Shown here: in pieces, positions 15,777-25,171 of the stretch
How the letters are laid out: each line of letters begins with the position of its first letter
How positions within the stretch are numbered: position 1 is the first letter of the stretch
NCBI RefSeq assembly: GCF_018398935.1
Contig: NZ_CP074694.1
Span: 6,330,001 to 6,362,000, forward strand
Length of the DNA stretch: 32,000 nt
Direction: 5' to 3'
Source of the DNA: Telmatocola sphagniphila
GTDB taxonomy: Bacteria; Planctomycetota; Planctomycetia; Gemmatales; Gemmataceae
Made by a program: the position numbers and the translations under genes
Notes under the pieces: model-generated
What the model saw: only the letters and a program-made list of their open reading frames with translations
What the model was told of the DNA's origin: nothing
Database searches by the model: none

Positions 15777-17624
15777 TTACTGCTTGGGCGGCCCTTTCTT
15801 GCCCCGCGTGCTCGGGTCTACTTCTCCCCAGTAGCCACCGATGATGTGCGGGAATTTACCCGGTGTCACATGATAATGGGGTCCGCGGAGAGGATCCGAA
15901 TGAAGGTTGAATTCATTGAGCGGATGCTCTTTAGAATCCTTTGCGAGTACCCCTTTCGATTCATACGGCCCATAAACCGGATAGCCATCGAAGGCGAATC
16001 CGATCAAGGTGGAATGCTCTGCCCCATCATCGGCCCAGGGAGTATTCACGCAAGAAGGATATTTGTGGTAGTGATATTCGAAAGAAGGGCTGGGATGGCC
16101 GCAGCAGCGGTCGAGTCGCCAGACCGCATCGACCTCGGCGGACTCGTCGAAAGGATTGAAAAATACCACCCCGTTCACAGCTACACCGATCGGACCCATA
16201 GGTAACGCTCTGGTATTCTTCATAGTCATGGCCACGTGCTTCGGATTCTCTTTAGGTTGCAATGGAATCCGCCAGACGTCGCGCTGTTCCTGAATGTAAT
16301 TCGGATTGCCATCGAGATATCGGGTACGGTCAGGGAACACGGCGGTGGGGTGGTTCGGTAAATTTTTTGAGCGGAGCACGATAAACTTTTCGGTGAAAAG
16401 GATAACCAGGGAGTCGGAAACGAACTGATCCTTTTCGACCAGCTTGCCGAAGTAGTCCAGATAGCCGCGCCGTAGCCAGGAAGTCGTATTGTTCACAAAG
16501 GGTGTTTCAAGTTTGTCAGCCAGATAGTAGAGTTGATCGACGTTCGTAGAATCGAACTGTTTGGGAATTTCCTTGCCGCCGTTGCGTGGATCATAATACC
16601 AACGGCCTCCGAGAGAGACTAAGGACTTCAGAGCGGGAGGATTCGAGTTGCTTGCCCGAGTCGGGCGCGTGTAATTCGTGGGATCGGGTATCGGCAACAC
16701 TTCCAGCTCAGAAATCCAGAATTCGGAGTTCGTAGACTTGCCCGCGCCTTTGTTGAAGCCGACGCTGATTTTCAGAGTATCCACTTCTGGAAAGGGTGTT
16801 CGAAAATCAATGGAGTAATTCCTCCAGGTGGCCGCTCCCAGGCTCTTATTGGTGCCCGGGTCTTTGAAGGATTTCCGCTCCAACTCCAATTGGGCATAAA
16901 TGGACTTTTTGATGTAATCGAGAGCGTTTTTTCCGTCTTCCTTGAAGTATTCCGCCTTGATGTAAAGCTCTTCATCCTCCACGGCAAAGTTGTCCTGAGC
17001 CAGTCCGCGTACCAAAATGCGGTACCATCGTCCTTTCTCGTTGTTCAACCCTTTCACCGTGAAGGATAAGTTTCCCGCCTTCTCCCCATCTTTATTGAGA
17101 TCTTGCCCGGATAGGAAGCGAATACCGGTGCCGGAAACTTCCTTGTTGTAGTTCCCCAGAACCCCCTCGATCGCGTCTCCGGTCAGCTGAATCGGGGATT
17201 TGCCACCGACGACTTGCAGGGGGCCTTTCACCAGAATTGGGGTCGGAAGCAGCGGCGGGGCGGTGATTTCGAAGTTCGAGGGAACATTCGGTCGGTTGCC
17301 TCCTTTTCCACCCGGACCTCCTTTTTTGGCCTGACCCCCTCCGGGGCCCATCGGCCGAAAATTTTCCACCATTTTTTTCTGGTCCGGGGTCAAAAGTTTT
17401 TCGAGTTCAACTTTCAGGTCGGCTTTCATTTGCTCCAAGGCTTTTTCCTGCTCGGGAGTCAGATTTAATTCTTCCAGGAGAGGCGGAGGGAGAACCGTTC
17501 CGAGCTCAAATCGTGGCGGACCTTTGCCCCCTTTATCTCCTCCGGGGGGTTGCGAAAAGAGCGGAGAAGTGATGAGAATCGCACCAAATCCCAAAGCAAT
17601 CAGCCCGAAAATGATCCGCCGCAT
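15777..17624 (-). CDS. Secreted multidomain protein: LTXXQ (Spy/CpxP-like) motifs + Gly-rich linker + unknown middle region + C-terminal YHYH domain
   Basis: 615 aa, ATG 17624 with GGAGGG upstream, and a signal peptide. It contains LTPEQEKALEQM…LTPDQKKMVENF. The C-terminus has …CCGHPSPSFEYHYHKYPSC…GFAFDGYPVYGP…GPHYHVTPGKFPHIIGGYWG, which I recognise as the YHYH-motif family. Confidence 0.8.
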   Translation of the reverse strand: MRRIIFGLIALGFGAILITSPLFSQPPGGDKGGKGPPRFELGTVLPPPLLEELNLTPEQEKALEQMKADLKVELEKLLTPDQKKMVENFRPMGPGGGQAKKGGPGGKGGNRPNVPSNFEITAPPLLPTPILVKGPLQVVGGKSPIQLTGDAIEGVLGNYNKEVSGTGIRFLSGQDLNKDGEKAGNLSFTVKGLNNEKGRWYRILVRGLAQDNFAVEDEELYIKAEYFKEDGKNALDYIKKSIYAQLELERKSFKDPGTNKSLGAATWRNYSIDFRTPFPEVDTLKISVGFNKGAGKSTNSEFWISELEVLPIPDPTNYTRPTRASNSNPPALKSLVSLGGRWYYDPRNGGKEIPKQFDSTNVDQLYYLADKLETPFVNNTTSWLRRGYLDYFGKLVEKDQFVSDSLVILFTEKFIVLRSKNLPNHPTAVFPDRTRYLDGNPNYIQEQRDVWRIPLQPKENPKHVAMTMKNTRALPMGPIGVAVNGVVFFNPFDESAEVDAVWRLDRCCGHPSPSFEYHYHKYPSCVNTPWADDGAEHSTLIGFAFDGYPVYGPYESKGVLAKDSKEHPLNEFNLHSDPLRGPHYHVTPGKFPHIIGGYWGEVDPSTRGKKGPPKQ

Positions 17625-17729
17625 AGCTAGTCCCTCCCCCGAAAAGTCCTTATAGGTAGATTGGTAACGCGGGAACCTTAAGCTGGTATGAAGCCCGTAA
17701 GGAATGGGCGATTTGTGAAACGAAATTGG

Positions 17730-18833
17730 CTATTCCACCAGGAGCACTGGTTTTCCGAGCACATCCATTTTCGGGGTGACTCCCAAGCCCGGTTTTTTCG
17801 AAGCGGCCATTCGGCCTTGCACCCGTTGGGGGGCGCCGTCCGCCGTGGAGACAGTGACGTAGCTGTTAAAGTCAGTACTGGTGAACAGAAACTCGGTAGG
17901 CGTGCTGTGCGCCAGGTGAGCGATGGCCGCAGTGGCAATGTCACCGCCCCAGCTATCCTCCAGGGTCATGGCGATGCCCATGCTGACGCAGAGATCGCGT
18001 GCCTGGCGAATCTTGGTGAGACCGCCCAGCTTACTGATCTTCAAATTCACAACATCCATGGCCAAATCGGCTTTGGCCCGCAGTAGTACATCCAAGCCGT
18101 CGATATTTTCGTCCAGGACGAAGGGATGATCCGTGTTACGGCGAACGCTCAGACACTCTTCGTAAGTCAGGCAGGGCTGCTCGATATAGACATCGATATC
18201 GCGAACCCCGCGCACAACCCGAACTGCTTCGTGCTGGGTCCAACCAGTGTTGGCATCGGCCACCAGTCTATCGCCCGGCTGAAGTTTCGCGGCCACCGCA
18301 TGAATACGCTGAATATCGACATCGGGATCGCCGCCGACTTTCAATTGGAAACGGCGATAGCCTTCCGCCCGATAGGCGGCGACTCGACTGGCCATTTCTT
18401 CCGGGGATTCCTGCGAAATCGCCCGGTAGAGATGGAAATCTTCCCCATAACGGCCACCGAGCAACTCGCAAACCGGCAACCCGGCGGCTTGACCCAGAAT
18501 ATCCCAGCAAGCGATATCGATGCCGCTTTTCACATAGGGATGCCCCTTCAAAGCGGCATCCATCAGGCGATTCAGCTTTCCCAGTTGCCGGGGATCTTGT
18601 CCGATCAGATGTGGCCCCAGCTCTTTCAATCCCGCCCGGACACCGTCGGCGTAAGCTGGCAAATAGAATGGGCCGAGAGGGCAGACTTCGCCGTACCCGA
18701 TGAGGCCAGAATCGGTTTCCACCCGCACGATAGTACTATCGAAAACGGTGACCGATTTGCCGCCCGACCACTTGTAGGTGGTCTCGTATAGCGGCAATTC
18801 CACGCGGTAGGCCAGTATTCGAGTTATCTTCAT
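17730..18833 (-). CDS. Mandelate racemase/muconate lactonizing enzyme family protein (enolase superfamily)
   Basis: 367 aa, ATG 18833. Metal and catalytic motifs are [36 protein letters not shown] and EDSWGG. Substrate cannot be called from sequence alone. Confidence 0.9.
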   Translation of the reverse strand: MKITRILAYRVELPLYETTYKWSGGKSVTVFDSTIVRVETDSGLIGYGEVCPLGPFYLPAYADGVRAGLKELGPHLIGQDPRQLGKLNRLMDAALKGHPYVKSGIDIACWDILGQAAGLPVCELLGGRYGEDFHLYRAISQESPEEMASRVAAYRAEGYRRFQLKVGGDPDVDIQRIHAVAAKLQPGDRLVADANTGWTQHEAVRVVRGVRDIDVYIEQPCLTYEECLSVRRNTDHPFVLDENIDGLDVLLRAKADLAMDVVNLKISKLGGLTKIRQARDLCVSMGIAMTLEDSWGGDIATAAIAHLAHSTPTEFLFTSTDFNSYVTVSTADGAPQRVQGRMAASKKPGLGVTPKMDVLGKPVLLVE

Positions 18834-18850
18834 CGCGATTGCACTCCAGT

Positions 18851-19594
18851 TTATCTCGATTTCTTCTCGGGCGCCCAGATCTTTGACATCAGTTCGTAGA
18901 TCTCCGGTTCAGAATCCTTTAGTTCCGCGCGCACGAATGGGAAAAAGTCATTCACGCCGAAGTAAGCCTCGGTCATTTCGGCAAAGAACTCTTTGTGATC
19001 GGTGAGGGCATAGTGCTTCACTCTTTCGCCGTTGAAAAGCAGAGTTTTATCCCCATGCCCGCTCTTTTTATATTTTTCGTACACTTCGCGAATACGCGGT
19101 TCCTCGAATCCCAGCACCTGATCATGGTAGGCATGTGCCAGTTCATGCAGTATCACCCAGGGCTGCTCGTTGACATTGCGTTTCACGGGAAGATCGGCCG
19201 CACGGGGGATGTGTACGCATTTTTCCAGATCGGAGCTGTAGCCATTGGCCTTCAGCCAGCTGGCACTGGGATGATACTGCATCGAGCCAAGTTTTCCGTG
19301 TGTCAAATCGAGTACGATTTTCACATTCTGCAGTTTTTTGACTTTGTCTTCCGGCACGACGATCTTGATATCCACGAGCTTCGCTTCCAGAAAGCGCAGA
19401 CATTTCGCACCCAGTTCCTGATCCGGACCCGAGAGCAGTCGATTGTCGACACGGATTGTCCAGCCTTCGATTTTGCGTTCGGTTCGCGAAGTCGGTTTGC
19501 TCGGCTCGGCCGATTTCTCCTGTAGGTTTTCATGCGCGCTTATCTGGGTAGTGGTGTTAAGCAGCAGAACGAGGTAGGAGATATATCTCAGCAT
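18851..19594 (-). CDS. Putative secreted zinc metallopeptidase (HExxH)
   Basis: The track start is 19651. ATG 19594 is preferred (GGAG about 9 nt upstream) and gives the signal [20 protein letters not shown]. It has HELAHAYH plus a downstream [11 protein letters not shown], a possible third-ligand Glu. The stop is 18 nt from the next gene's start. Confidence 0.7.
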   Translation of the reverse strand: MLRYISYLVLLLNTTTQISAHENLQEKSAEPSKPTSRTERKIEGWTIRVDNRLLSGPDQELGAKCLRFLEAKLVDIKIVVPEDKVKKLQNVKIVLDLTHGKLGSMQYHPSASWLKANGYSSDLEKCVHIPRAADLPVKRNVNEQPWVILHELAHAYHDQVLGFEEPRIREVYEKYKKSGHGDKTLLFNGERVKHYALTDHKEFFAEMTEAYFGVNDFFPFVRAELKDSEPEIYELMSKIWAPEKKSR

Positions 19595-19712
19595 GTAAAA
19601 TGTCTCCGTTCTCAAAGAAACGTCTCTCACAAGAGAACATGTCGAAATCAAAGGAAGGAATTCTTTATTTAGCGAATTGCATCAAAGGGGCTCTACTTTT
19701 CAGCGGGATCTT

Positions 19713-21122
19713 TCATGGCTTCTTTGGAAAATTTTTCGGTGGTATCCAATCCGGAGATATAGGTTCGGCTACTTTGAGTGGAGACGGATCCGAGTATCGA
19801 ATTTGTTCTTTCTTCAACAGCGCCATCAACTCGGCCACTCGCATCTGCTGCTCGGGTAGCTCGGCCAGATTGTTTATCTCTTCGGGATCCGAAGTAAGAT
19901 CGAATAGCTGCGTCTTGTCGATTTGCGGGTAGCGGATTAGTTTCCAACGTGAATCCCGCACGGCCCGCTGCACGTTCATATAAGCGAACATCATTTCTTT
20001 GCGGGCGGGTTTACTCGTATCCTTGAGCACCGCACCGAACTCAATTCCTTCGCTGCTACTGGGGGCGGGTACTCCGCAAAGTTTTCCCAGCGTGGGGAAA
20101 ACATCAAAGAGGTAGCACATCGCCTGGGAGCTTTGGCCTGCCGCGATGCCCGGGCCGGAAATAATTAGCGGAACTCTTAAGGCATGTTCATAAAGGCTTT
20201 GCTTGCCGAGCAGGCCGTGACTGCCGAGGCTCACGCCGGAGTCTGCCGAGAAAACAATTATGGTATTTTTTTCATGTTCAGAAGCGGCCAGGGCATCGAG
20301 GATCCGGCCGACCTGGGAATCAAGATAAGAAATATAGCGGTAATAGTCCGCTTTCATTTGCCGGATTGCTTCCGGTGTGCGCGGCCAGGGGAGTAATCGT
20401 TCATCGCGGATCGCCATCTCCCCGTTATTGAAGGGATGTTGAGGTAGATAATTGCCGGGCAACGAGAGTTTGTTCGGCTGGTAATGAATGGGAAAATTTT
20501 CCGGTACGATATGCGGATCGTGTGGAGCATCGAAGGCCACATAACAAAGAAACGGGTTTTCCTTTTGAGTTCGTATGAACGTAATGGCTTCCTCCGCGAA
20601 GCTATCGCAGGCATGTTTGGGTAAGATCTCCGCTTTGGTCATGCGGCCATCGACTAAATTACTTAACGGCGCCCTCATCGGGTTGGTCATACCTCCCACG
20701 AATACCGATCTGGCATTTTGAAAGCAGAGCGGAATAGATTCAGGGGTGTTATGCCATTTGCCAGTAAGAAAAGTTGTATAGCCCGCTTTTGCAAACGCGC
20801 TCGGCCAGCTGGGATCTCGCCGTAATTTCTCATCGATTCGAAATAAAGACTTCCCCGAAAGCAGCATCGCCCGGGAGGGAACGCAGGTCGCTCCATTCCG
20901 GGCACCCTGCATATAGGCCCGCTGGAAAGCAACGCCGGAGCGAACCAGCCGGTCCAAGTTAGGAGTTTGGATTTCCGTGTTTCCCAGGGCGGAGATTGTA
21001 TCCGCCCGCATGTCGTCGGCGAAAAGAAACAGGACATTGGGCCGTGTTGAACTCTCCTGCGCTCTCAGAATGTTTGAATCCGAAGCGAGAAATAGCAGTG
21101 TGACCAGCAAAATCGAACGCAT
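19713..21122 (-). CDS. Sulfatase (Cys-type, formylglycine-dependent)
   Basis: The track start 21125 is TTG, immediately followed by ATG 21122. The protein has a signal peptide, LFLFADDMRAD, and the C-x-P-S-R motif CVPSRAMLLSGK. Confidence 0.9.
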   Translation of the reverse strand: MRSILLVTLLFLASDSNILRAQESSTRPNVLFLFADDMRADTISALGNTEIQTPNLDRLVRSGVAFQRAYMQGARNGATCVPSRAMLLSGKSLFRIDEKLRRDPSWPSAFAKAGYTTFLTGKWHNTPESIPLCFQNARSVFVGGMTNPMRAPLSNLVDGRMTKAEILPKHACDSFAEEAITFIRTQKENPFLCYVAFDAPHDPHIVPENFPIHYQPNKLSLPGNYLPQHPFNNGEMAIRDERLLPWPRTPEAIRQMKADYYRYISYLDSQVGRILDALAASEHEKNTIIVFSADSGVSLGSHGLLGKQSLYEHALRVPLIISGPGIAAGQSSQAMCYLFDVFPTLGKLCGVPAPSSSEGIEFGAVLKDTSKPARKEMMFAYMNVQRAVRDSRWKLIRYPQIDKTQLFDLTSDPEEINNLAELPEQQMRVAELMALLKKEQIRYSDPSPLKVAEPISPDWIPPKNFPKKP

Positions 21123-21158
21123 CAAGTCAGCCTTTTAAAAGAAATTCTGAGCTGCAAG

Positions 21159-22769
21159 TCATTTCTTAGGAGATCGGGGTGCGTCCTTACGAGCCAGTGT
21201 GGCATATTCATCGAATTGCTTCTTCCAAATTTCCGCCAGCTCGGCCACTTTTTGCGGTTGGGCGGTGGCCAGGTTGTGCGCCTCTGCCCGATCGACGCTG
21301 AGATCGTAAAGTTCCCAATCGCTCTTTTCTCCCGCCGCGACGATTTTCCAATCCCCCACTCGCAAAGCCCGATTGCCTTCGTGCATCCACCACAATGAGT
21401 CATGGGAAACGGTTCCTTCTTTGGCGAACACCGGCACCAGACTTTTACCCGGCGCAGGCGGCACGGCTTGGCCTTCGATTACTTCCGGGCGTTTACCCCC
21501 CGCGACCTCCAGAAGTGTCGGCAAAATATCCACCAGATGGCCAGGCGTCTGCCGAAGTTCACCGTGCGCCGAGATTCCCCGGGGCCAGTGTACGATCAGA
21601 GGTGTGGAGATCCCCCCTTCGTGAACCCAGGTTTTATGCCGCCGAAAGGGAGTGTTCGCCAGGCTCGACCAACCGGGCCCCAGGCTCAAAAAAGTTTTAG
21701 CGCTTCCCATCGGAGCTTGAGGGTCGTGGCCATCGCCGCGAACCATCATCTCCGCGCTGGCGCCGTTATCCGAGAGGAATAAAATCAAAGTGTTTTCCAG
21801 CTGATCCATCGATTTTATTTGTGCAATAACGCGGCCGATTTCTTGGTCCAAGCGGTTGACCATGGCGGCATGAATTGCCATTTTGTTGGCTTGAAATTCT
21901 TTCTGTTCGACTGTCAGTTTATCCCATTCAACGGGGAGATTGACTTCGTTGGGCCCCAACTTTTTCAGATCCGCCGGGTAGGGGTAGGGCGGTCCAAGAT
22001 CACGCTCAACGTTCGAGAGATCCGTGTTGCTGATTTTCAAATCGGTCAAGCGCTGCCAGCGTTCGCGTCTCAACTGATCCCAACCCGGCAGATATTTGCC
22101 CTTATAACGAGCGATATCTTCCGGCAAAGCCTGCAGCGGAAAATGTGGCGATGTAAAAGCCAGGTATTCGAAGAACGGTTGTCCGACATAGTCTTTGGAG
22201 TGGTTCTTCAAACACTTAATCGCATGATCGGCAATAGCGGTCGTGGCGTAGTAAGGTGTGTTGTTTGCAACGGCAGGCAATGGCTTGTCGTCCTCAGTAT
22301 GCAATCGCGGCCCGAAGTAACGATCATGATCGTTCAGACTGTAGGAGTGTTCGAAACCATTTTTCAAAGGCGATCCGTCGATGTGCCATTTGCCCGAATG
22401 ATAGTTATGGTAGCCGCGTTGTTTTAGATAGATGGGGAGTAGTTGCGCCCAGTTCGGTCGCACGCCTTGAACACCGCTTTTCACTCCGGGTACAGTATCG
22501 CGGCGAATCGATTGGGCATAATACCCTGTGAGAAGTGCGGCCCGCGACGGCCAGCAGCGGGCCGTGTTGTAGAACTGGGTAAAGCGCAAACCGTTCTTGG
22601 CGAGTTGATCGAGGTTAGGCGTCGAAATTTCACCACCGAAACAACCGGGATCGGAAAATCCCATATCATCTGCGACAATCAGAAGGATATTAGGTCGGGA
22701 GAGATTGGGAGGTTCCGCCTGAATTGGAGCGATCCCGAATAAAAACAGCAGCGGAAGTGCGTAACGCAT
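21159..22769 (-). CDS. Arylsulfatase (Cys-type, formylglycine-dependent)
   Basis: The track start 22793 is TTG. ATG 22769 gives MRYALPLLFLFGIAPIQA. The protein has LLIVADDMGFSD and CWPSRAALLTGY. The start is uncertain (22769 or 22793). Confidence 0.9.
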   Translation of the reverse strand: MRYALPLLFLFGIAPIQAEPPNLSRPNILLIVADDMGFSDPGCFGGEISTPNLDQLAKNGLRFTQFYNTARCWPSRAALLTGYYAQSIRRDTVPGVKSGVQGVRPNWAQLLPIYLKQRGYHNYHSGKWHIDGSPLKNGFEHSYSLNDHDRYFGPRLHTEDDKPLPAVANNTPYYATTAIADHAIKCLKNHSKDYVGQPFFEYLAFTSPHFPLQALPEDIARYKGKYLPGWDQLRRERWQRLTDLKISNTDLSNVERDLGPPYPYPADLKKLGPNEVNLPVEWDKLTVEQKEFQANKMAIHAAMVNRLDQEIGRVIAQIKSMDQLENTLILFLSDNGASAEMMVRGDGHDPQAPMGSAKTFLSLGPGWSSLANTPFRRHKTWVHEGGISTPLIVHWPRGISAHGELRQTPGHLVDILPTLLEVAGGKRPEVIEGQAVPPAPGKSLVPVFAKEGTVSHDSLWWMHEGNRALRVGDWKIVAAGEKSDWELYDLSVDRAEAHNLATAQPQKVAELAEIWKKQFDEYATLARKDAPRSPKK

Positions 22770-22982
22770 GGATTCCCAATTTAGGAATTTCAATCGAGCG
22801 AACCTGGAAACGAGTATCCCTCAAAGCTGGCAAAAAATCCAGCGAAAGCGTCCTGTACGTACAATGACTTAGGAATTTTTTGGAACTTCCCCAAGATCTT
22901 AAGCCTCCCTTAAGGCGACAGACATACGATTAGCCATGTAGATATATCCCCGTCCTAATGTCTCTCTCTGGGAAATATCGCG

Positions 22983-23606
22983 ATGCGAAGCTTTCAACAA
23001 GTGGTTTTTAACGAACCTCCACCCCGTCGAAAGAAGCCCTGGCTCAAAATCGGGCTGGTTCTCTGTCTAATCATAGGGGTGCTTTCCAGCGCCTTGCTTC
23101 TCGCACAAGTTCCGAAAAAAAATCAGGCTGCACCCAAGATCATTCAAAAGGGTGATCTTAAAGTCACGAGCCCGGACTTCGAAGCCAATGGCAAGTATCC
23201 AATTGAATTTACAGGTGATGGTGAAGGAATCTCGCCGCCTTTGAAATGGAGCGGCGCACCCAAGGAAACCAAATGCTACGCGCTTCAACTCTGGCACGTA
23301 CCCGGCCCTGGGGATGTAAAATCGTACTGGGTGCTCTACAACATTCCCGCCAGCGTCACGAGCCTGGAGAAGAACTCGAAAGGCGTGGGGCAGCTGGGCT
23401 ATAACGACAAAAATCGCAAAGAATACGACCCCATGAAGTCTAAAGGGCCTGGGCCCAAGGAATATCACATCACCGTTTACGCGCTGTCTGAAGAACCCAA
23501 ATTTAAATCAGAAAAAGTGACTCGCACGGAACTGCTGAACGCCATCAAAGATATTACGCTCGCGGAAAGCACTTTGAGTTACACCTACGAACGGAAGAAT
23601 CAATAA
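22983..23606 (+). CDS. YbhB/YbcL (PEBP / Raf-kinase-inhibitor-like) family protein, membrane-anchored
   Basis: 207 aa with an N-terminal TM segment (WLKIGLVLCLIIGVLSSALLL). The core …FTGDGEGISPPLKWSGAPKETKCYALQLWHVPGPGD…YWVLYNIP… is typical of the bacterial PEBP family. Confidence 0.8.
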   Translation: MRSFQQVVFNEPPPRRKKPWLKIGLVLCLIIGVLSSALLLAQVPKKNQAAPKIIQKGDLKVTSPDFEANGKYPIEFTGDGEGISPPLKWSGAPKETKCYALQLWHVPGPGDVKSYWVLYNIPASVTSLEKNSKGVGQLGYNDKNRKEYDPMKSKGPGPKEYHITVYALSEEPKFKSEKVTRTELLNAIKDITLAESTLSYTYERKNQ

Positions 23607-23816
23607 GCCGAGAGCGGACTTTTGACCGAAAGTTCCTGTCGCTGGACTCCGCGATCTTCGATATTGCAGTAGCATTTCATTTCGAAGCGTGATAAAATCT
23701 TAGGACTGATTTGAATTAACCCGCCGATAATTTCTCGTTTCCTCAATCGTTAATTTTCCCCGCTGGATGACAAACGGATTTGCTGCTTCCGTTTCCAAGT
23801 TGCTGGAGGTCGAAAT

Positions 23817-25157
23817 ATGCTCTCACTGAACGGTTACGCGAACCGGCTTTGCGACGGCTTGACACGTCGCGAAATCCTAAAGGTCGGTGCCCTGGGCATG
23901 GGTGGCCTTTCTCTCCCCAATCTCCTGCGAGCGGAACAGGCTAGAGGGATCCTCAAGTCGCAAAAGGCCGTGATCATGATTTACATGGTCGGAGCGCCGC
24001 CGCACCAGGACATGTACGATCTGAAGATGGAAGCTCCGGTCGACATTCGCGGAGAATTTAAGCCAATCAACAGCAAAGTACCCGGCATACAAATTTGCGA
24101 ATACCTTCCTAAAATCGCTTCGATCATGGATAAGTGCGTACCGATACGATCGGTCTACGGCTCGCCGGATGGCGATCACGATTCGTTTATTTGTTATACG
24201 GGTCGCTCGAAGAGGGATCTGGTGCCCGGTACATGGCCCTCTATTGGATCGACAATTTCCAAGCTCCTGGGACCTGCGAACGGATCGATTCCTCCCTTTG
24301 TCGGACTAGCGCCCAACGCGGGTCATCCACCTTACGGTTCCCCGGGACATCCTGGCTATCTGGGTGTCACTCATTCCGCTTTTCGGCCTTCCGGTTCCGT
24401 CCGAGAGGATATGAAACTGAATGGGCTGAACTCCAGCATGCTGGCCGATCGTAAACAGCTTCTGGCCAATTTCGATGGTATGCGTCGCGATCTGGATAAT
24501 ACGCAGACGATGAACGGCCTCGATGCCTTTGGCCGTCAGGCCATGGAGATTTTATCTTCCGCCAAACTCGCGGAGGCACTGGATATCTCTAAGGAACCCC
24601 AAGCCATTCGCGACCGTTACGGTAAAGGGGACTCCAAAAATTACGGGGATGGGGCTCCTCGCAATCCGGATCATTTTCTGATGGCACGCCGATTGGTCGA
24701 GGCCGGGGCGCGTGTGGTCACACTGAATTTCGGCCGTTGGGATTTTCATTCGAAGAATTTCAGCGAGTGCAAGGACACCCACTTCCCGATTTTCGACCGC
24801 TGCATGCACGCCCTGATTACCGATTTGCATGAACGAGGAATGGATAAAGACGTGGCCGTGGTCGCTTGGGGAGAATTTGGTCGGACGCCGAAGATCAATG
24901 CGGATGGCGGGCGCGATCATTGGCCGGATGTTGGTGGTGCCTTGATTGCCGGGGGTGGCTTCAAAACGGGCCAGGTAATAGGTTCGACAACCAAAGATGG
25001 CGGTCGGATCGCCAGCCGACCGGTGCACTTCGGCGAAGTGCACGCGACTTTGTACCATCACTTTGGAATCGATCCGCTGGCGGTCACGCTGCCGGATTAC
25101 ACCGGTCGGCCGCACACTTTGGTCGATAACTGGCGGGCGATGCCAGAACTGGTTTAA
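23817..25157 (+). CDS. DUF1501 domain protein (sulfatase-like fold, Tat signal)
   Basis: 446 aa, GGAGG 8 nt upstream. It has the Tat-like LTRREILKVGALGMGGLSL. The segments …VIMIYMVGAPPHQDMYDLKMEAPVDIRGEFKPINSKVPGIQICEYLP… and …GEFGRTPKINADGGRDHW… are hallmark DUF1501 sequence. Confidence 0.9.
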   Translation: MLSLNGYANRLCDGLTRREILKVGALGMGGLSLPNLLRAEQARGILKSQKAVIMIYMVGAPPHQDMYDLKMEAPVDIRGEFKPINSKVPGIQICEYLPKIASIMDKCVPIRSVYGSPDGDHDSFICYTGRSKRDLVPGTWPSIGSTISKLLGPANGSIPPFVGLAPNAGHPPYGSPGHPGYLGVTHSAFRPSGSVREDMKLNGLNSSMLADRKQLLANFDGMRRDLDNTQTMNGLDAFGRQAMEILSSAKLAEALDISKEPQAIRDRYGKGDSKNYGDGAPRNPDHFLMARRLVEAGARVVTLNFGRWDFHSKNFSECKDTHFPIFDRCMHALITDLHERGMDKDVAVVAWGEFGRTPKINADGGRDHWPDVGGALIAGGGFKTGQVIGSTTKDGGRIASRPVHFGEVHATLYHHFGIDPLAVTLPDYTGRPHTLVDNWRAMPELV

Positions 25158-25171
25158 CCGGTTTTTGCCCT

